Part shown: positions 18,623 to 29,565 of the stretch, piece by piece
Layout of the letters: every line of letters starts with the position of its first letter
Numbering within the stretch: position 1 is the first letter of the stretch
DNA from: Eubacteriales bacterium
GTDB taxonomy: Bacteria; Bacillota; Clostridia; Oscillospirales; CAG-272
Direction of reading: 5' to 3'
DNA length: 64,000 nucleotides
Assembly: GCA_045531795.1 (NCBI GenBank)
Contig: JAZSET010000073.1
Location: 202-64,201 of the forward strand
The notes under the pieces: model-generated
Told to the model about the DNA's origin: nothing
The model's database searches: none
Seen by the model: the letters and a program-made list of their open reading frames with translations, nothing else
Position numbers and translations under genes: made by a program

Positions 18623-20642
18623 GAAAGAAAAAGGCACGACTATTTTTGATACGAAGGAGACAGTATATGAACCCGAAAAAGAAGCACCCCAAGAAGAAAC
18701 ATTTAGTACCGACAATCAAAATCAAAAACAAACCGGTGCCAACCAAAAAAAGAAGGCACAAAATAAGAAGCAATCCCCGTTAAACAAGCTCATCGGGAAG
18801 TTCGTTAAAGCACCCGAAGCTGAAATGCCTGAAATGTGGACGGGACAAACTTCCGTGCTTGATGTCATTTCTCCTTCATCTGTGGATAACGGCAGCCGTG
18901 ACTATATCGTAGTTGACGGTATATATCACTCATACCTTTATGTTGCAGGCTACGGATACCGAACACGAAACGAAGCCGCTTGGCTTTCTCCCCTTGTTGA
19001 AGCGGGCGATAATATCGGTATCAGCTTTACCTTCAGACGAATGCCGAGAGATAAGACACTTTCCCGAATATCTCAGAAAACCATGTTAAACCGCAGTAAA
19101 ATGCGAGATGTGGATGATACAAGGCAAGACTTTGAAGAGCTTGACGATGCAATATCTTCGGGCTTTTTCTTAAAGGAAGGTATGAACAGAGGCGGCGAAG
19201 ATTTCTACTATATGACAACTGTTATCGAGATCACCGCTTACGATGTGGAAGAGCTTGAGCAACGTGTGGCAGATGTTATGACGCTGTGCAGTTCAATGAG
19301 TATGGTCTGTAAGCGTGCAGATTACAAGCACGAACAATGCTTTTTATCTTCACTCCCCGTTTTGTCTGTGGATGCTGATATCGAACGCAAAGGGCGAAGG
19401 AATGTACTTACAGACTCGCTTGCAGCATCGTTCCCATTCTCGTCATTTGAAATATATGACGAAGGCGGTATTTTCTTGGGACTCAATAAGTACAACAGAA
19501 GTGTTGCCATTCTTGACATCTTTGACAGTGATAAGTATTCCAATGCCAACGGCTGTATTTACGGCACCACCGGCGCAGGAAAAACATTCTTACTTCAAAG
19601 TATGGCACTTCGTTTTCGTATGCAAGGTACTCAGGTGTTCATCATAGCTCCCGTAAAGGGACACGAATACATAGACGCTTGCGAGGCTATCGGCGGCAAA
19701 TACATCAAAATTGCTCCTTCATCAAAGGACTGCATCAACATTATGGAGATACGAAAAACAAGTCTTTCAACCGACTATGAGATAAAGAAGGACACACGAA
19801 ACGACTCTATTCTTGCAGAGAAACTGCAAAGTCTTATGATATTCTTTACCCTTATCAAGAACGATATCACACAGGATGAATTAAACCTGCTTGATAGTGC
19901 CGTTATTCGTACATATGCTAATTTCGGTATAAACTTCGATAACGAGTCCTTGTATGCAGAGGACAGGGGGTTTAAGAAGATGCCGACACTTACAGACCTA
20001 TATAACGAGCTTCTTTCAAAAGAGGAAACCAAAAGGCTTTCCCTTATGATAGAGAAGTTTGCAATAGGTTCTTTATCTTCTTTCGGAAGAGAAACGAATG
20101 TAGACCTAACAAATAAGTACATTGTTCTTGATATGACCGAAATGACAGATTCACTCAAGCCTATTGGTATGTTTATGGCACTTGACTTTGTTTGGGATAA
20201 GGCGAAAGAAAGCCGTATACAGAAAAAGGTTATCTTCCTTGACGAGTTGTGGACTCTCATCGGCGCAGGTGCAAACAAGCTTGCGGCAAACTATGTACAG
20301 GAGATTTTCCGACTAATACGAGGTTTTGGCGGTGCGGCAATTCAGGCAACGCAGGATTTGTCAAGCAGTTTTTCAGCCGATACGGGAAGATACGGCAAAG
20401 ACATACTTAACCTTTCGAGCTTCAAAATACTTCTTCATCTTGAGGAAGATGAGGCGTACACCGCACAAAAATATCTCTCCCTTTCGGATGAGGAAACCTT
20501 ACAGATAATCCGAAACGGCAGAGGCGAAGCACTCCTTTGTGCAAACAAGAACAAAGTCTGCATTGAGATAAAAGCATCGCCGCTTATGTATGACCTTATC
20601 ACTACAAAGCGAAGTGACCTTGAAAGCAGGAAGAAAGTATGA
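18615..20642 (+). CDS. virB4: VirB4-family conjugal transfer ATPase
   Basis: Walker A 'GTTGAGKTFLLQS', Walker B 'KVIFLDELW', 'ATQDLS'. GGAGG lies 8 nt upstream of the ATG at 18615. Confidence 0.85.
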   Translation: MSKKEKGTTIFDTKETVYEPEKEAPQEETFSTDNQNQKQTGANQKKKAQNKKQSPLNKLIGKFVKAPEAEMPEMWTGQTSVLDVISPSSVDNGSRDYIVVDGIYHSYLYVAGYGYRTRNEAAWLSPLVEAGDNIGISFTFRRMPRDKTLSRISQKTMLNRSKMRDVDDTRQDFEELDDAISSGFFLKEGMNRGGEDFYYMTTVIEITAYDVEELEQRVADVMTLCSSMSMVCKRADYKHEQCFLSSLPVLSVDADIERKGRRNVLTDSLAASFPFSSFEIYDEGGIFLGLNKYNRSVAILDIFDSDKYSNANGCIYGTTGAGKTFLLQSMALRFRMQGTQVFIIAPVKGHEYIDACEAIGGKYIKIAPSSKDCINIMEIRKTSLSTDYEIKKDTRNDSILAEKLQSLMIFFTLIKNDITQDELNLLDSAVIRTYANFGINFDNESLYAEDRGFKKMPTLTDLYNELLSKEETKRLSLMIEKFAIGSLSSFGRETNVDLTNKYIVLDMTEMTDSLKPIGMFMALDFVWDKAKESRIQKKVIFLDELWTLIGAGANKLAANYVQEIFRLIRGFGGAAIQATQDLSSSFSADTGRYGKDILNLSSFKILLHLEEDEAYTAQKYLSLSDEETLQIIRNGRGEALLCANKNKVCIEIKASPLMYDLITTKRSDLESRKKV

Positions 20643-21277
20643 AAAACAGTTTTGATAACAAGCTCGAAAAACTGAAGATCGACCTTATGAATGTACAAAA
20701 AAAATTCGATGTGTTATGTTCTTCAAGCGGTAAATCTCCGAACACGGTAGAAAAAGCGATTGATGAATTTATGACCGATATAGAAAAGCTTTGTGTGTGT
20801 TCAAGGATATATCTTGACTGCTATCGTTTGATAAATGTAAAAGCCGATTGCTATACCATAGACGACACCGTTTCAAAGGTTGCAGGCAGTGTGGAGATAA
20901 CTCACGACGGCTGGTTACATATCACCCTTAACACACTTTTGCCGAGTTGTAAATACAAAACAAGCGGCTATATCGGGGACACGGTTTGCAGACTTGTAAG
21001 CAATTTTGATGAAGATCTTCCGTACTTTGACAAGGCATTTTTAGCCATTGTCGAGCATTGTAATTATGAAAATCACAATTCACTTGACAATGATAATAAG
21101 GCTTGGAAAGAGATTCCCAATGCCTTGAAAGGTAGAGTTATCCCCGACGATAATCAGTTCATTTTGAGTCTCGGGCTCTTCTCAAAATTGTCGGATGAGG
21201 CAAGGTGTGAGATATACTTAATGCCTTCTGATGAGGCAAATATTTTTATGGATTTATACCTTAATGATATGCTTTAG
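20639..21277 (+). CDS. Hypothetical protein
   Basis: 212-aa ORF translationally coupled to virB4 (ATGA overlap). No motif recognised. Confidence 0.5.
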   Translation: MKNSFDNKLEKLKIDLMNVQKKFDVLCSSSGKSPNTVEKAIDEFMTDIEKLCVCSRIYLDCYRLINVKADCYTIDDTVSKVAGSVEITHDGWLHITLNTLLPSCKYKTSGYIGDTVCRLVSNFDEDLPYFDKAFLAIVEHCNYENHNSLDNDNKAWKEIPNALKGRVIPDDNQFILSLGLFSKLSDEARCEIYLMPSDEANIFMDLYLNDML

Positions 21278-21345
21278 CGGTTTTGTTGTGGGGTGAAAAA
21301 CATACCTAACCGAAAACGGCAAAAAAATGCCGGCAGCAAAACCGC
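21277..21345. other. Nested inverted repeats in the intergenic gap upstream of the putative relaxase/T4CP genes (terminator or oriT candidate)
   Basis: gcggttttgttg (21277-21288) pairs with cagcaaaaccgc (21334-21345). There is an inner hairpin cggca-a6-tgccg (21317-21332). No T-run follows. Confidence 0.35.
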
Positions 21346-21443
21346 CTGACACTGCTAAAAGCCCGTAAAATAAAGGATTTTATAGAGGTGGTTTTTAAGA
21401 AAAAATAAATTTACCGCAGGGTACAGAGGGAGGTTTTGTTACA

Positions 21444-22610
21444 GTGGTTTTTGACAACCGTGATTTCGGGGTTTTAAGGCTTTGCGGAGTTTGCAGGTAT
21501 TTACCTACGGAGATAGGCAGATACTTCAATTCTCCATACTTTTCACCAAGGGAATTACACAATTTGAGGAAGCACAAACTCATAAAAGCACAGACAAATT
21601 TACTAAGCTATACACTCACTTATGAAGGAAGAGAAGCACTTAGAAAATTCGGATATGAGTTTCCGCAGGATTTGAGATTAGATATAAAAAGCGAGACATA
21701 TTTCAGAAAACTGAAAAGTGCATACTTTATAGCAACAATGTTCCTTGCAGGTATAGATGTGTTTCACAGTTCGGTGGAATCCCTTGCAGGTAAAAAAACA
21801 GGGTTTGTCAGCTCGCTTATCTTACGAAGCACAAAGGCAGGTAAAGTTCTCGCCGGTGCAAGACTTTTGGGAATACTCAAAATCGGTTCTACCGCATTTG
21901 TCCCATATCACATAGATAATTCGGAAGAGTGGATTGTACCTTGCTTTGAAAGAGATTCCTTCAATTCGCAGGTTGCAGGTATTAAAGACACAAAGACTAT
22001 TTCTTTAATACTGTCGGGGAAATCCTTGGAGGAATTATGGAGAAGTATTCATCCCCGTTCAAAGAGTGTGACCGTTAAAAACGGTCTTAAGCGTTTCGGC
22101 GTTGCTTTGGAGGAACTTGGGTACGACTACTTGCTTGTGCCTGAAAATGATTTCGGGGTAATACAGCTGCGTATTCTAAAACTTGCAGGATATAAAGAAA
22201 GACTCGCGAGAGCTATCGGATTGGATACCAAGTACAAAGGAGATTTTCCCGAATGCGATGGATTGTTAAATAACATACCTCATATCATTGCTCTTGATTT
22301 TAATGTCAAAAGAGTTGTAAGGATATTAAATCAAATACAGAGAAAAAATCCGAGTATAGAACCGAAAATATACTGTCTGTATTTTCAAAAAGAAACAATG
22401 TTTGCATTACTTAGAAGATACACAAATTTTAAATCGGTAGTTGTTGCTATTGATGAAGATAACTTGCAAAAGGTTTTCCCTGAAATAATGTCGGAAGATA
22501 ATCCGTATGAAATACCAAATGGAAAGGAGGGCGTTCCCGTAGATGCAAATGAAAGAAACATTAAAAAAGATGATATCGAAGCATCCAAAGGTAGAAAGGT
22601 TTTGCCGTAG
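21444..22610 (+). CDS. Hypothetical protein with N-terminal wHTH-like region; possible Replication-relaxation-family protein
   Basis: 'NRDFGVLRLCGVCRYLPTEIGRYF...LHNLRKHKLIKA' resembles the N-terminal signature of the Replic_Relax family. The gene directly precedes and overlaps the T4CP gene. No HUH motif was seen. Confidence 0.3.
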   Translation: MVFDNRDFGVLRLCGVCRYLPTEIGRYFNSPYFSPRELHNLRKHKLIKAQTNLLSYTLTYEGREALRKFGYEFPQDLRLDIKSETYFRKLKSAYFIATMFLAGIDVFHSSVESLAGKKTGFVSSLILRSTKAGKVLAGARLLGILKIGSTAFVPYHIDNSEEWIVPCFERDSFNSQVAGIKDTKTISLILSGKSLEELWRSIHPRSKSVTVKNGLKRFGVALEELGYDYLLVPENDFGVIQLRILKLAGYKERLARAIGLDTKYKGDFPECDGLLNNIPHIIALDFNVKRVVRILNQIQRKNPSIEPKIYCLYFQKETMFALLRRYTNFKSVVVAIDEDNLQKVFPEIMSEDNPYEIPNGKEGVPVDANERNIKKDDIEASKGRKVLP

Positions 22611-24627
22611 GATAAAAGATAGGCTCGGCTTTTATCTTTTGTATACACTTGTCGGTTTGTACCTTTACGGCATATTTGTACACTCATTTCGCAGAGCTTA
22701 CACAAACTTTATGACAGGCTCCTCCGAGAGTATCGTATCTCTTAATCCTTTCACCTGCATTGCAGCAGTATTCACTCCTCAAGGCTTGGGTATACTCTTC
22801 TTTCTTTTCATTATGTATGCACTTATTTCAGGCAAATGGATACATCTCATTACCGGTGTTAAGATAACAAAGGACGAAAGAAACTTCTTTGTTTCAAGTG
22901 AAGGTACACACGGTACTTCCGGCTGGATGAGTAAAAAAGAAAGAGTTAAGGTTCTTGAATCAGGCACAGCCGATGGGCTTCCTTGCCCGATACTTTGCAA
23001 GACAAAGGACAGTGCCTTTGATGACGATAAGTTTGCCGATTATATAGGACTTCGTTCAGACTGCGGACTTAATAAACACATTATTGCTTATGGTGCAACG
23101 GGATCGGGTAAATCAAGAGGCTATGTAAAGCCCTTTATGCTAAAGCTCGCACAGCTTCTTAAAGAGGGCAAAAGCAAACAAAGTATGATTATCGTCGATC
23201 CTAAAGCCGAGCTTTTTGAGCAGTACTCCGAATTTTTGAAAGAAAGCGGGTATACCGTAAGAGCATTTAACCTACTCGATATGGAAAATTCCGACGGGTG
23301 GAATTGTATCGGTGAAACAGAGGGCGATGTTGATATGGTACAGTCGGTAGCTGAAATCATAATCCGTAATACATCTGAGGACGGTGAAAAGGCGGACTTC
23401 TGGGATAAAGCAGAAGCAAACCTTCTTATCGCCCTTATTTTGTATGTACAGAGTATGAGAGATCCGCTTACAAATGAGCTGCTTCCTCTCCATGAGCGTT
23501 CACTCGGCACAATTTACAAGATACTTTCAAGTGAGAGTGCAAAGACACTTGATGCTAAATTCCAAAAGCTTCCCCTTGACCACCCTGCACGTGGTCCCTA
23601 CGGTATCTTTAAGCAGGCGGCAAGTAATCTTTGGGGTAATGTGTTTATCGGTCTTGGCTCACGAATGAATGTGTTTCAGAATAAGCTCGTAGATAAAATT
23701 ACCAAGTATCACGAAATCGACCTTGAGCTTCCCGGCAAAGAACCTTGTGCCTACTTCTGTATCATCTCGGCACAGGATACGGCATACGAGTTCCTTTCCT
23801 CACTTTTCTTCTCAATGCTTTTTAAGAAGCTTTCAGACTACGCAAGAAAGCATGGTGATGAACGAGGAAGACTCCCTATTGAAGTAAACTTTTTGATGGA
23901 TGAGTTCTGCAATGTCGGAAAGCTCTTAGACTTCAAAAAGACAATTTCAGTTGTCAGAGGCTACGGTATCAACTGTCAGATAATCGTACAGTCTATTGCA
24001 CAGTTATCGGACAGATACCCCATAAAAGAATGGGAGGAAATTGTAGGTAACTGTGATACTCAGCTTGTTCTCGGCTGTAATGACATGATGACAAGTGAGT
24101 ACATTTCAAAACGCTGCGGCGCAGTCACTATTCAGCTTACCAATAGCATGGCACCGCAAACACCTTTGTTTTCACCTATAACAAGAGAAGTTACGGGTTA
24201 CAGACAAACCAAGTCAAATAACACCCGACCGCTTATGTATCCCGAAGAAATCTTGCAGATGGATAACAAGGAGTGTCTTGTGCTCATAAGAGGACAAAAG
24301 CCGCTAAAGGGCTTGAAGATAATCCCCGATGAACTGTCTGACTACACCAAACTCAAATTTACAAGAGTTGCAGACTATGTTCCAAAATGGCGAGATTATG
24401 AGGAGGAAGAAAAAAGAGAGGAAGCACAGACGGAAACATTTGAAACGGTTGCCTCTACTCCGATTCCCAACTTTGGAACGGCTCACAATGCGGGAGAACA
24501 GGTTAGCATGTTAGAGGATGAAAAAATAATAGATTTTTCCCGAAACGAAAATGATTATGATCCACAAAGTCAAAACTTGGAGGACGGATACAGTGAAACA
24601 ACAACAGATGATATACTAAACGATTAA
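22543..24627 (+). CDS. virD4: VirD4/TraG-family type IV coupling protein
   Basis: Two N-terminal TM helices, Walker A 'GATGSGKSRG', Walker B 'VNFLMDEFCNVG', and 'IVQSIAQL' typical of TraG/VirD4. Confidence 0.85.
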   Translation: MQMKETLKKMISKHPKVERFCRRIKDRLGFYLLYTLVGLYLYGIFVHSFRRAYTNFMTGSSESIVSLNPFTCIAAVFTPQGLGILFFLFIMYALISGKWIHLITGVKITKDERNFFVSSEGTHGTSGWMSKKERVKVLESGTADGLPCPILCKTKDSAFDDDKFADYIGLRSDCGLNKHIIAYGATGSGKSRGYVKPFMLKLAQLLKEGKSKQSMIIVDPKAELFEQYSEFLKESGYTVRAFNLLDMENSDGWNCIGETEGDVDMVQSVAEIIIRNTSEDGEKADFWDKAEANLLIALILYVQSMRDPLTNELLPLHERSLGTIYKILSSESAKTLDAKFQKLPLDHPARGPYGIFKQAASNLWGNVFIGLGSRMNVFQNKLVDKITKYHEIDLELPGKEPCAYFCIISAQDTAYEFLSSLFFSMLFKKLSDYARKHGDERGRLPIEVNFLMDEFCNVGKLLDFKKTISVVRGYGINCQIIVQSIAQLSDRYPIKEWEEIVGNCDTQLVLGCNDMMTSEYISKRCGAVTIQLTNSMAPQTPLFSPITREVTGYRQTKSNNTRPLMYPEEILQMDNKECLVLIRGQKPLKGLKIIPDELSDYTKLKFTRVADYVPKWRDYEEEEKREEAQTETFETVASTPIPNFGTAHNAGEQVSMLEDEKIIDFSRNENDYDPQSQNLEDGYSETTTDDILND

Positions 24628-24643
24628 AAAGGAGACGCTTACC

Positions 24644-25537
24644 ATGAACGTATATAAAATCAATGACATCATAAACTGCGAGTTTTTGAAAATACCAAAA
24701 ACCATGTTTGCAAATCAAAATTACAGAAGCCTGTCATCAGATGCAAAGCTTACTTATGCATTACTGTATGACAGGCTTTCTCTTTCCAAACTCAATGGCT
24801 GGATAAACGGAAATGACGAAGTATATCTTATTTATACCCGTGATGAAATAGCCGAAGATCTCGGAATTTCATATAAGAAGGCTATCAGTGCATTTAAGGA
24901 GCTTGTCGATATCGGGCTTATCACCGAGCATCGATGCGGACGCGGTATGCCCAACAGAATCTATATTGTCAAACCGGAAGTGGATGCAGAGAGTGCTAAA
25001 AAGTATGTAAAACGAGAAAATTTAAGAACTGCCGAAACGGGATATCAAGAACTGCCGAAACCGCAGTCTAATAAGACTAATATTATTAAGACTGATTTTA
25101 ATAACACTGATAATAGTCAGTCTGTCAGTATGAGAAGAACGATAGGCTTTTATACTGAAACACCCGAGACACTTTCTTATGACGGACAGACGGACACGAT
25201 ATACAGTTTTGACGATATTCTTGAAAACTGCCAACTTGATACCTTTGATGAGGAAGAGCGAAAGATACTTTACGATGCAATGGAAAGGCTTTACTATTCC
25301 GAAAGCTTAAAAATCGGAAATGCACACCTTCCCCAAAACAAGGTCCGAAGCCGTATGTACGAAATTGACGTTACGGTTTTACAGTCGGTCATTGCCAAGC
25401 TGCATCAAAATGACAGGCAGATAAAAAACATTACCGCCTATGTCATGAGCACGCTCTTTAACTGCATTACCGAAGAATACAGTTTGCTTCATGTCGATCC
25501 CTACTTAAACTCCCTGCGAGAAATCAGAAGGGAGTGA
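24644..25537 (+). CDS. RepA_N-family replication initiator
   Basis: 'FLKIPKTMFANQNYRSLSSDAKLTYALLYDRLSLS' and 'YLIYTRDEIAEDLGISYKKAISAFKELVDIGLI' form the canonical RepA_N N-terminal domain. Confidence 0.8.
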   Translation: MNVYKINDIINCEFLKIPKTMFANQNYRSLSSDAKLTYALLYDRLSLSKLNGWINGNDEVYLIYTRDEIAEDLGISYKKAISAFKELVDIGLITEHRCGRGMPNRIYIVKPEVDAESAKKYVKRENLRTAETGYQELPKPQSNKTNIIKTDFNNTDNSQSVSMRRTIGFYTETPETLSYDGQTDTIYSFDDILENCQLDTFDEEERKILYDAMERLYYSESLKIGNAHLPQNKVRSRMYEIDVTVLQSVIAKLHQNDRQIKNITAYVMSTLFNCITEEYSLLHVDPYLNSLREIRRE

Positions 25538-26082
25538 AAAAGGTGTATTTGAATGCTTATCAAAAGTACATAGCAGAGCTGCTTTGTGAATACGAAACGC
25601 TTCTTTGCCGTCAGCTTCTTACAGCCGTAAACGCCAAATTCGATGTGTCTCTTAAAGACCTTAACGGATATACCGATCAGATGTGTTCTTACAGCGAATA
25701 CAAGAAGATTCCTTATGGCGACGATTTTGTTTTATGCTTAAAATCCTCTGAGCCGAATTTTGATGTAATTCGTTCTTTCGAGGTTGTAACTTCTTTTTTC
25801 AAAAGCATAAAGTGGCACAGAAAAGGCAGAGAGCCCGTAACAATCCGCTTTATGATGGCAACTAAAGACCATGACAGAGAGGTGTTTGTAATTCCGGTAA
25901 AACAGGGCGAGGAAAAGTATATTTGCGATTATGTAAGCGACAAGTTTAACGAAAGCAAATGCGAAATGGTTATATTTCTGCTTGAGACAAAGGAACAGAT
26001 GAAGCTCATAAATGCAAGCTGCAATTTCCGTTTTGCCCTTATTACAAAACTCGGCACAGTGTTTTACAAAAAAGAGCAGTAG
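25534..26082 (+). CDS. Hypothetical protein
   Basis: 182-aa ORF. The start is GTG at 25534 or GTG at 25543, the latter 8 nt after GGGAG. No motif recognised. Confidence 0.5.
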   Translation: MKKVYLNAYQKYIAELLCEYETLLCRQLLTAVNAKFDVSLKDLNGYTDQMCSYSEYKKIPYGDDFVLCLKSSEPNFDVIRSFEVVTSFFKSIKWHRKGREPVTIRFMMATKDHDREVFVIPVKQGEEKYICDYVSDKFNESKCEMVIFLLETKEQMKLINASCNFRFALITKLGTVFYKKEQ

Positions 26083-26152
26083 CGCGGCGGTACTGCACGA
26101 AAGGAGGTAGATTTTCAAACGCCGTAAAACTAAAATTACAGGAGGATTTTCT

Positions 26153-27037
26153 ATGGAATTTAAAGACTTAAATCTTGCAAAGCTTGACAAGGATCTTACC
26201 CAACCCGAGCGTGATGAATGGCAGGCAATATATGCTTCCTACAGAGGTCGCTCGGTTATGAGCGGCGGTGTCGCCGGTGTAGACCTTCACGAGTTCAATC
26301 TGGTGCCCAAAGGCAAGAAAAAAGCCGTTCCAACGACGGTCAGATGTCTTATTGTTATCAATTACCGTGTAAAGATAATCATTCCGGAAACAGAAGTCTT
26401 TACAAGAGAGCTTGATACAGGATATCACATACTCCACTCTATGTGCGGTGCAAATATCGACTATGTTATCACCTACATAGACCGTGAAGAAGGCTTTGCG
26501 GTGGCATCACGTAAACTTGCGTTAGAGCAAATTTTGAGAGCCAATTCGAGACGCAGATATCAAGAGGGGCAAATCGTTGATGTCAATATTATTTCGGTCG
26601 GCAGAGATGTCTGTACCGTTAATTTCAGCGGATATGATTTAACTCTTGCTCAGCGCGACATCAGCTATGGCGTCGTTCCCGATCTTCGTGAGACAATGCA
26701 TCCCGGCGAGGTCAGAAAGGCAGTCATAAAAGAATTTGACAAAGAAAACGGTAAGCTTGTTCTTTCGATAAAAGAAACGATGCCTCACCCATTTGAAGGC
26801 ATAGAAACAAGACACCCGATAGGATGTACCAGAATTGCCACTATTGTCGGCAAGTACGGCGGTGGAGTATTTTGCAGGCTGTTTGACGGTGTTACCGATG
26901 TACTTTGTTCACTGAGTCCGATGCAGTATGACGGTGACTTTCAAAACGGCGATAGTGTGGAAATTGTTATCAACAAGTACAATATCGAAAAGAAGCTTGT
27001 CTACGGCAAACTTTTAAGAAAAATGCCGAGACGATAA
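26153..27037 (+). CDS. S1-like (OB-fold) RNA-binding-domain protein
   Basis: 'GQIVDVNIISVGRDVCTVNFSGYDLTLAQRDIS...GEVRKAVIKEFDKENGKLVLSIKE' fits the S1 domain pattern, and a second S1-like segment follows. Confidence 0.55.
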   Translation: MEFKDLNLAKLDKDLTQPERDEWQAIYASYRGRSVMSGGVAGVDLHEFNLVPKGKKKAVPTTVRCLIVINYRVKIIIPETEVFTRELDTGYHILHSMCGANIDYVITYIDREEGFAVASRKLALEQILRANSRRRYQEGQIVDVNIISVGRDVCTVNFSGYDLTLAQRDISYGVVPDLRETMHPGEVRKAVIKEFDKENGKLVLSIKETMPHPFEGIETRHPIGCTRIATIVGKYGGGVFCRLFDGVTDVLCSLSPMQYDGDFQNGDSVEIVINKYNIEKKLVYGKLLRKMPRR

Positions 27038-27057
27038 CGGCAAATCACAACACAAAA

Positions 27058-27082
27058 AGGCGGCAGGGATAACTTGCCGCCT
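27058..27082 (+). terminator. Hairpin after the S1-domain gene
   Basis: aggcggca/tgccgcct stem with a weak T tract. Confidence 0.45.
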
Positions 27083-27107
27083 TAAACTATTTTACGGAGG
27101 GTTTAAG

Positions 27108-27293
27108 ATGAACACTATGAGAGAAAACACACAGATATGTCCTAAATGCGAAACAGGAAAAAAAGATTACGAACTTGATAAAAACAGTCTTTTTTGCAGT
27201 CATATTAACTGCTTAAAAGACGGTATCTGCAGCAAGTTTATACCATTATTGTTTACAGAGAATCGACAAGGAGAAAACGCACAAATGGTATAA
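27108..27293 (+). CDS. Small Cys-rich (zinc-ribbon-like) protein
   Basis: 61 aa with 'CPKCETG' and 'CSHINC...C'. RBS ggaggg upstream. Confidence 0.45.
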   Translation: MNTMRENTQICPKCETGKKDYELDKNSLFCSHINCLKDGICSKFIPLLFTENRQGENAQMV

Positions 27294-27920
<627 letters not shown>

Positions 27921-27994
27921 AAACCACTATCAAAAGGTATACAAATTGATAAATCCAAGAAAAACTCTTGAGTTTCTTTGGCAGTATTGCGATA

Positions 27995-28023
27995 TTGACA
28001 AAAACCACAAAATTTGGTATAAT
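27995..28023 (+). promoter_or_regulatory. Consensus sigma-A promoter
   Basis: TTGACA (27995-28000), exactly 17 nt, then TATAAT (28018-28023), preceded by TGG in an extended -10 context. It lies upstream of the MBL hydrolase gene. Confidence 0.7.
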
Positions 28024-28202
28024 ATTTGCGGAAAATTAAGGGGTTTTCGCCCTTTTCAAAGTCAAAAAATCACAAAAAAATCACTATCAAAATGTATACC
28101 TTTTGCAAAAAACGCCAAAAGAAAGAATTTATGATAGAATAAAGCATTGCTTAAAATTAGATGAAACAAGATAAATACTAAAGAATTAATGGAGGGGATT
28201 AT

Positions 28203-29540
28203 ATGAAACGAATTTTAATTTTGATATTAACCATTTTAACTATTGTAACGGTTTTTAGTGCTTGTACTGAAATACCACTCGAAACGGATATTCAGCCACC
28301 AATTTCTGCAACAGACTTATCTGATACAACTACAGAAATTATTGATACATCCGAAAACATAGATACTACTATACAAGATACACAAGTAACTGATACACAA
28401 CCAGCCGACAAATTCCCGGATGAAACAGAATCACAATCGTCGGAATCCGAAATAGCCGAGCCGGTTGAAACATTACCCAGTGAGACGGAATCACCCACAC
28501 TACCCGTTATATCCACATTTTCAATTCATTTTATTGATGTTGGGCAGGCGGATGCTGCACTTGTTGAATGTGATGAGCATTATATGCTTATTGATGGCGG
28601 AAACAAAGGCGATTCCAATATTATTTATTCAGTTCTCAAAAAAGCCAATGTTGAAAAACTAGATATTGTTGTTGCATCTCACGAGCATGAAGATCATGTC
28701 GGTGGTCTTCCCGGTGCTTTTAATTATACAACATCTGACATAACACTTTGTCCGGTTACATCCGGTGACAGTAAAGCATTTGAAGATTTTAAAAAATATG
28801 CTGATAAAAATGGTAATGGTATTACGATACCGTCGGTGGGCGACAAATATACACTTGGAAGTGCAACAATAGAGATTCTCGGTGTAAACAGTACCAATGA
28901 AAAAAACAGTTCTTCGATTGTGTTGATGATTACTTATGGTGATACATCCTTCTTATTTACAGGCGATGCAGAGCGAGAAGCAGAACAAGTAATTCTTGAT
29001 TCCGGTGTCGATCTTTCTTCAACTGTACTCAAGGTAGGACATCATGGAAGCGATACTTCGACAACGTATCCGTTCCTTCGTGAGATTATGCCGAAGTACG
29101 CAGTGATTTCTGTTGGCGATGGAAACTCTTACGGGCACCCTGATGACAATACTTTAAGCCGTCTGCGTGATGCGGATGTGAAGGTGTTCCGTACAGATAT
29201 TCAAGGTGATATATATTGCACAAGTGATGGCAAGACTGTAACAATGTCTGTAGCTCGAAACGCCGATGCAGATACATTGAAAGCTCCTTCGTCTATAATT
29301 GAGGTCATTCCCAATAAACCTCAACAGGAAACACCAACTTATGAAACACAAACACCCAAATTAGAAGAAGTTCTTCCCATAGGTATTACATATATTCTCA
29401 ATAACAATTCAAAGAAATTCCATTATTCTGACTGCGGAAGTGCTTCTCGAATAAGCGAAAAGAATAAAGGGAGTTATACCGGAACACGTGATGAGCTTAT
29501 AGCGATGGGTTACTCTCCGTGCGGAAACTGTGATCCGTGA
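28203..29540 (+). CDS. Secreted lipoprotein, ComEC-type metallo-beta-lactamase-fold hydrolase with C-terminal Cys-rich tail
   Basis: Lipobox 'VFSAC', acidic Thr/Glu-rich linker, 'SHEHEDHVGG' (HxHxDH), 'GHHGS', and a C-terminal 'FHYSDCGSA...SPCGNCDP'. Confidence 0.75.
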   Translation: MKRILILILTILTIVTVFSACTEIPLETDIQPPISATDLSDTTTEIIDTSENIDTTIQDTQVTDTQPADKFPDETESQSSESEIAEPVETLPSETESPTLPVISTFSIHFIDVGQADAALVECDEHYMLIDGGNKGDSNIIYSVLKKANVEKLDIVVASHEHEDHVGGLPGAFNYTTSDITLCPVTSGDSKAFEDFKKYADKNGNGITIPSVGDKYTLGSATIEILGVNSTNEKNSSSIVLMITYGDTSFLFTGDAEREAEQVILDSGVDLSSTVLKVGHHGSDTSTTYPFLREIMPKYAVISVGDGNSYGHPDDNTLSRLRDADVKVFRTDIQGDIYCTSDGKTVTMSVARNADADTLKAPSSIIEVIPNKPQQETPTYETQTPKLEEVLPIGITYILNNNSKKFHYSDCGSASRISEKNKGSYTGTRDELIAMGYSPCGNCDP

Positions 29541-29565
29541 TTTATAAAAACAAGGAGACACTAAA

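Noticed and set aside
27946-28134. 62-aa ORF downstream of the resolvase
   Set aside because: There is no RBS, and the region contains a perfect consensus promoter for the downstream MBL hydrolase gene. It is more likely non-coding.
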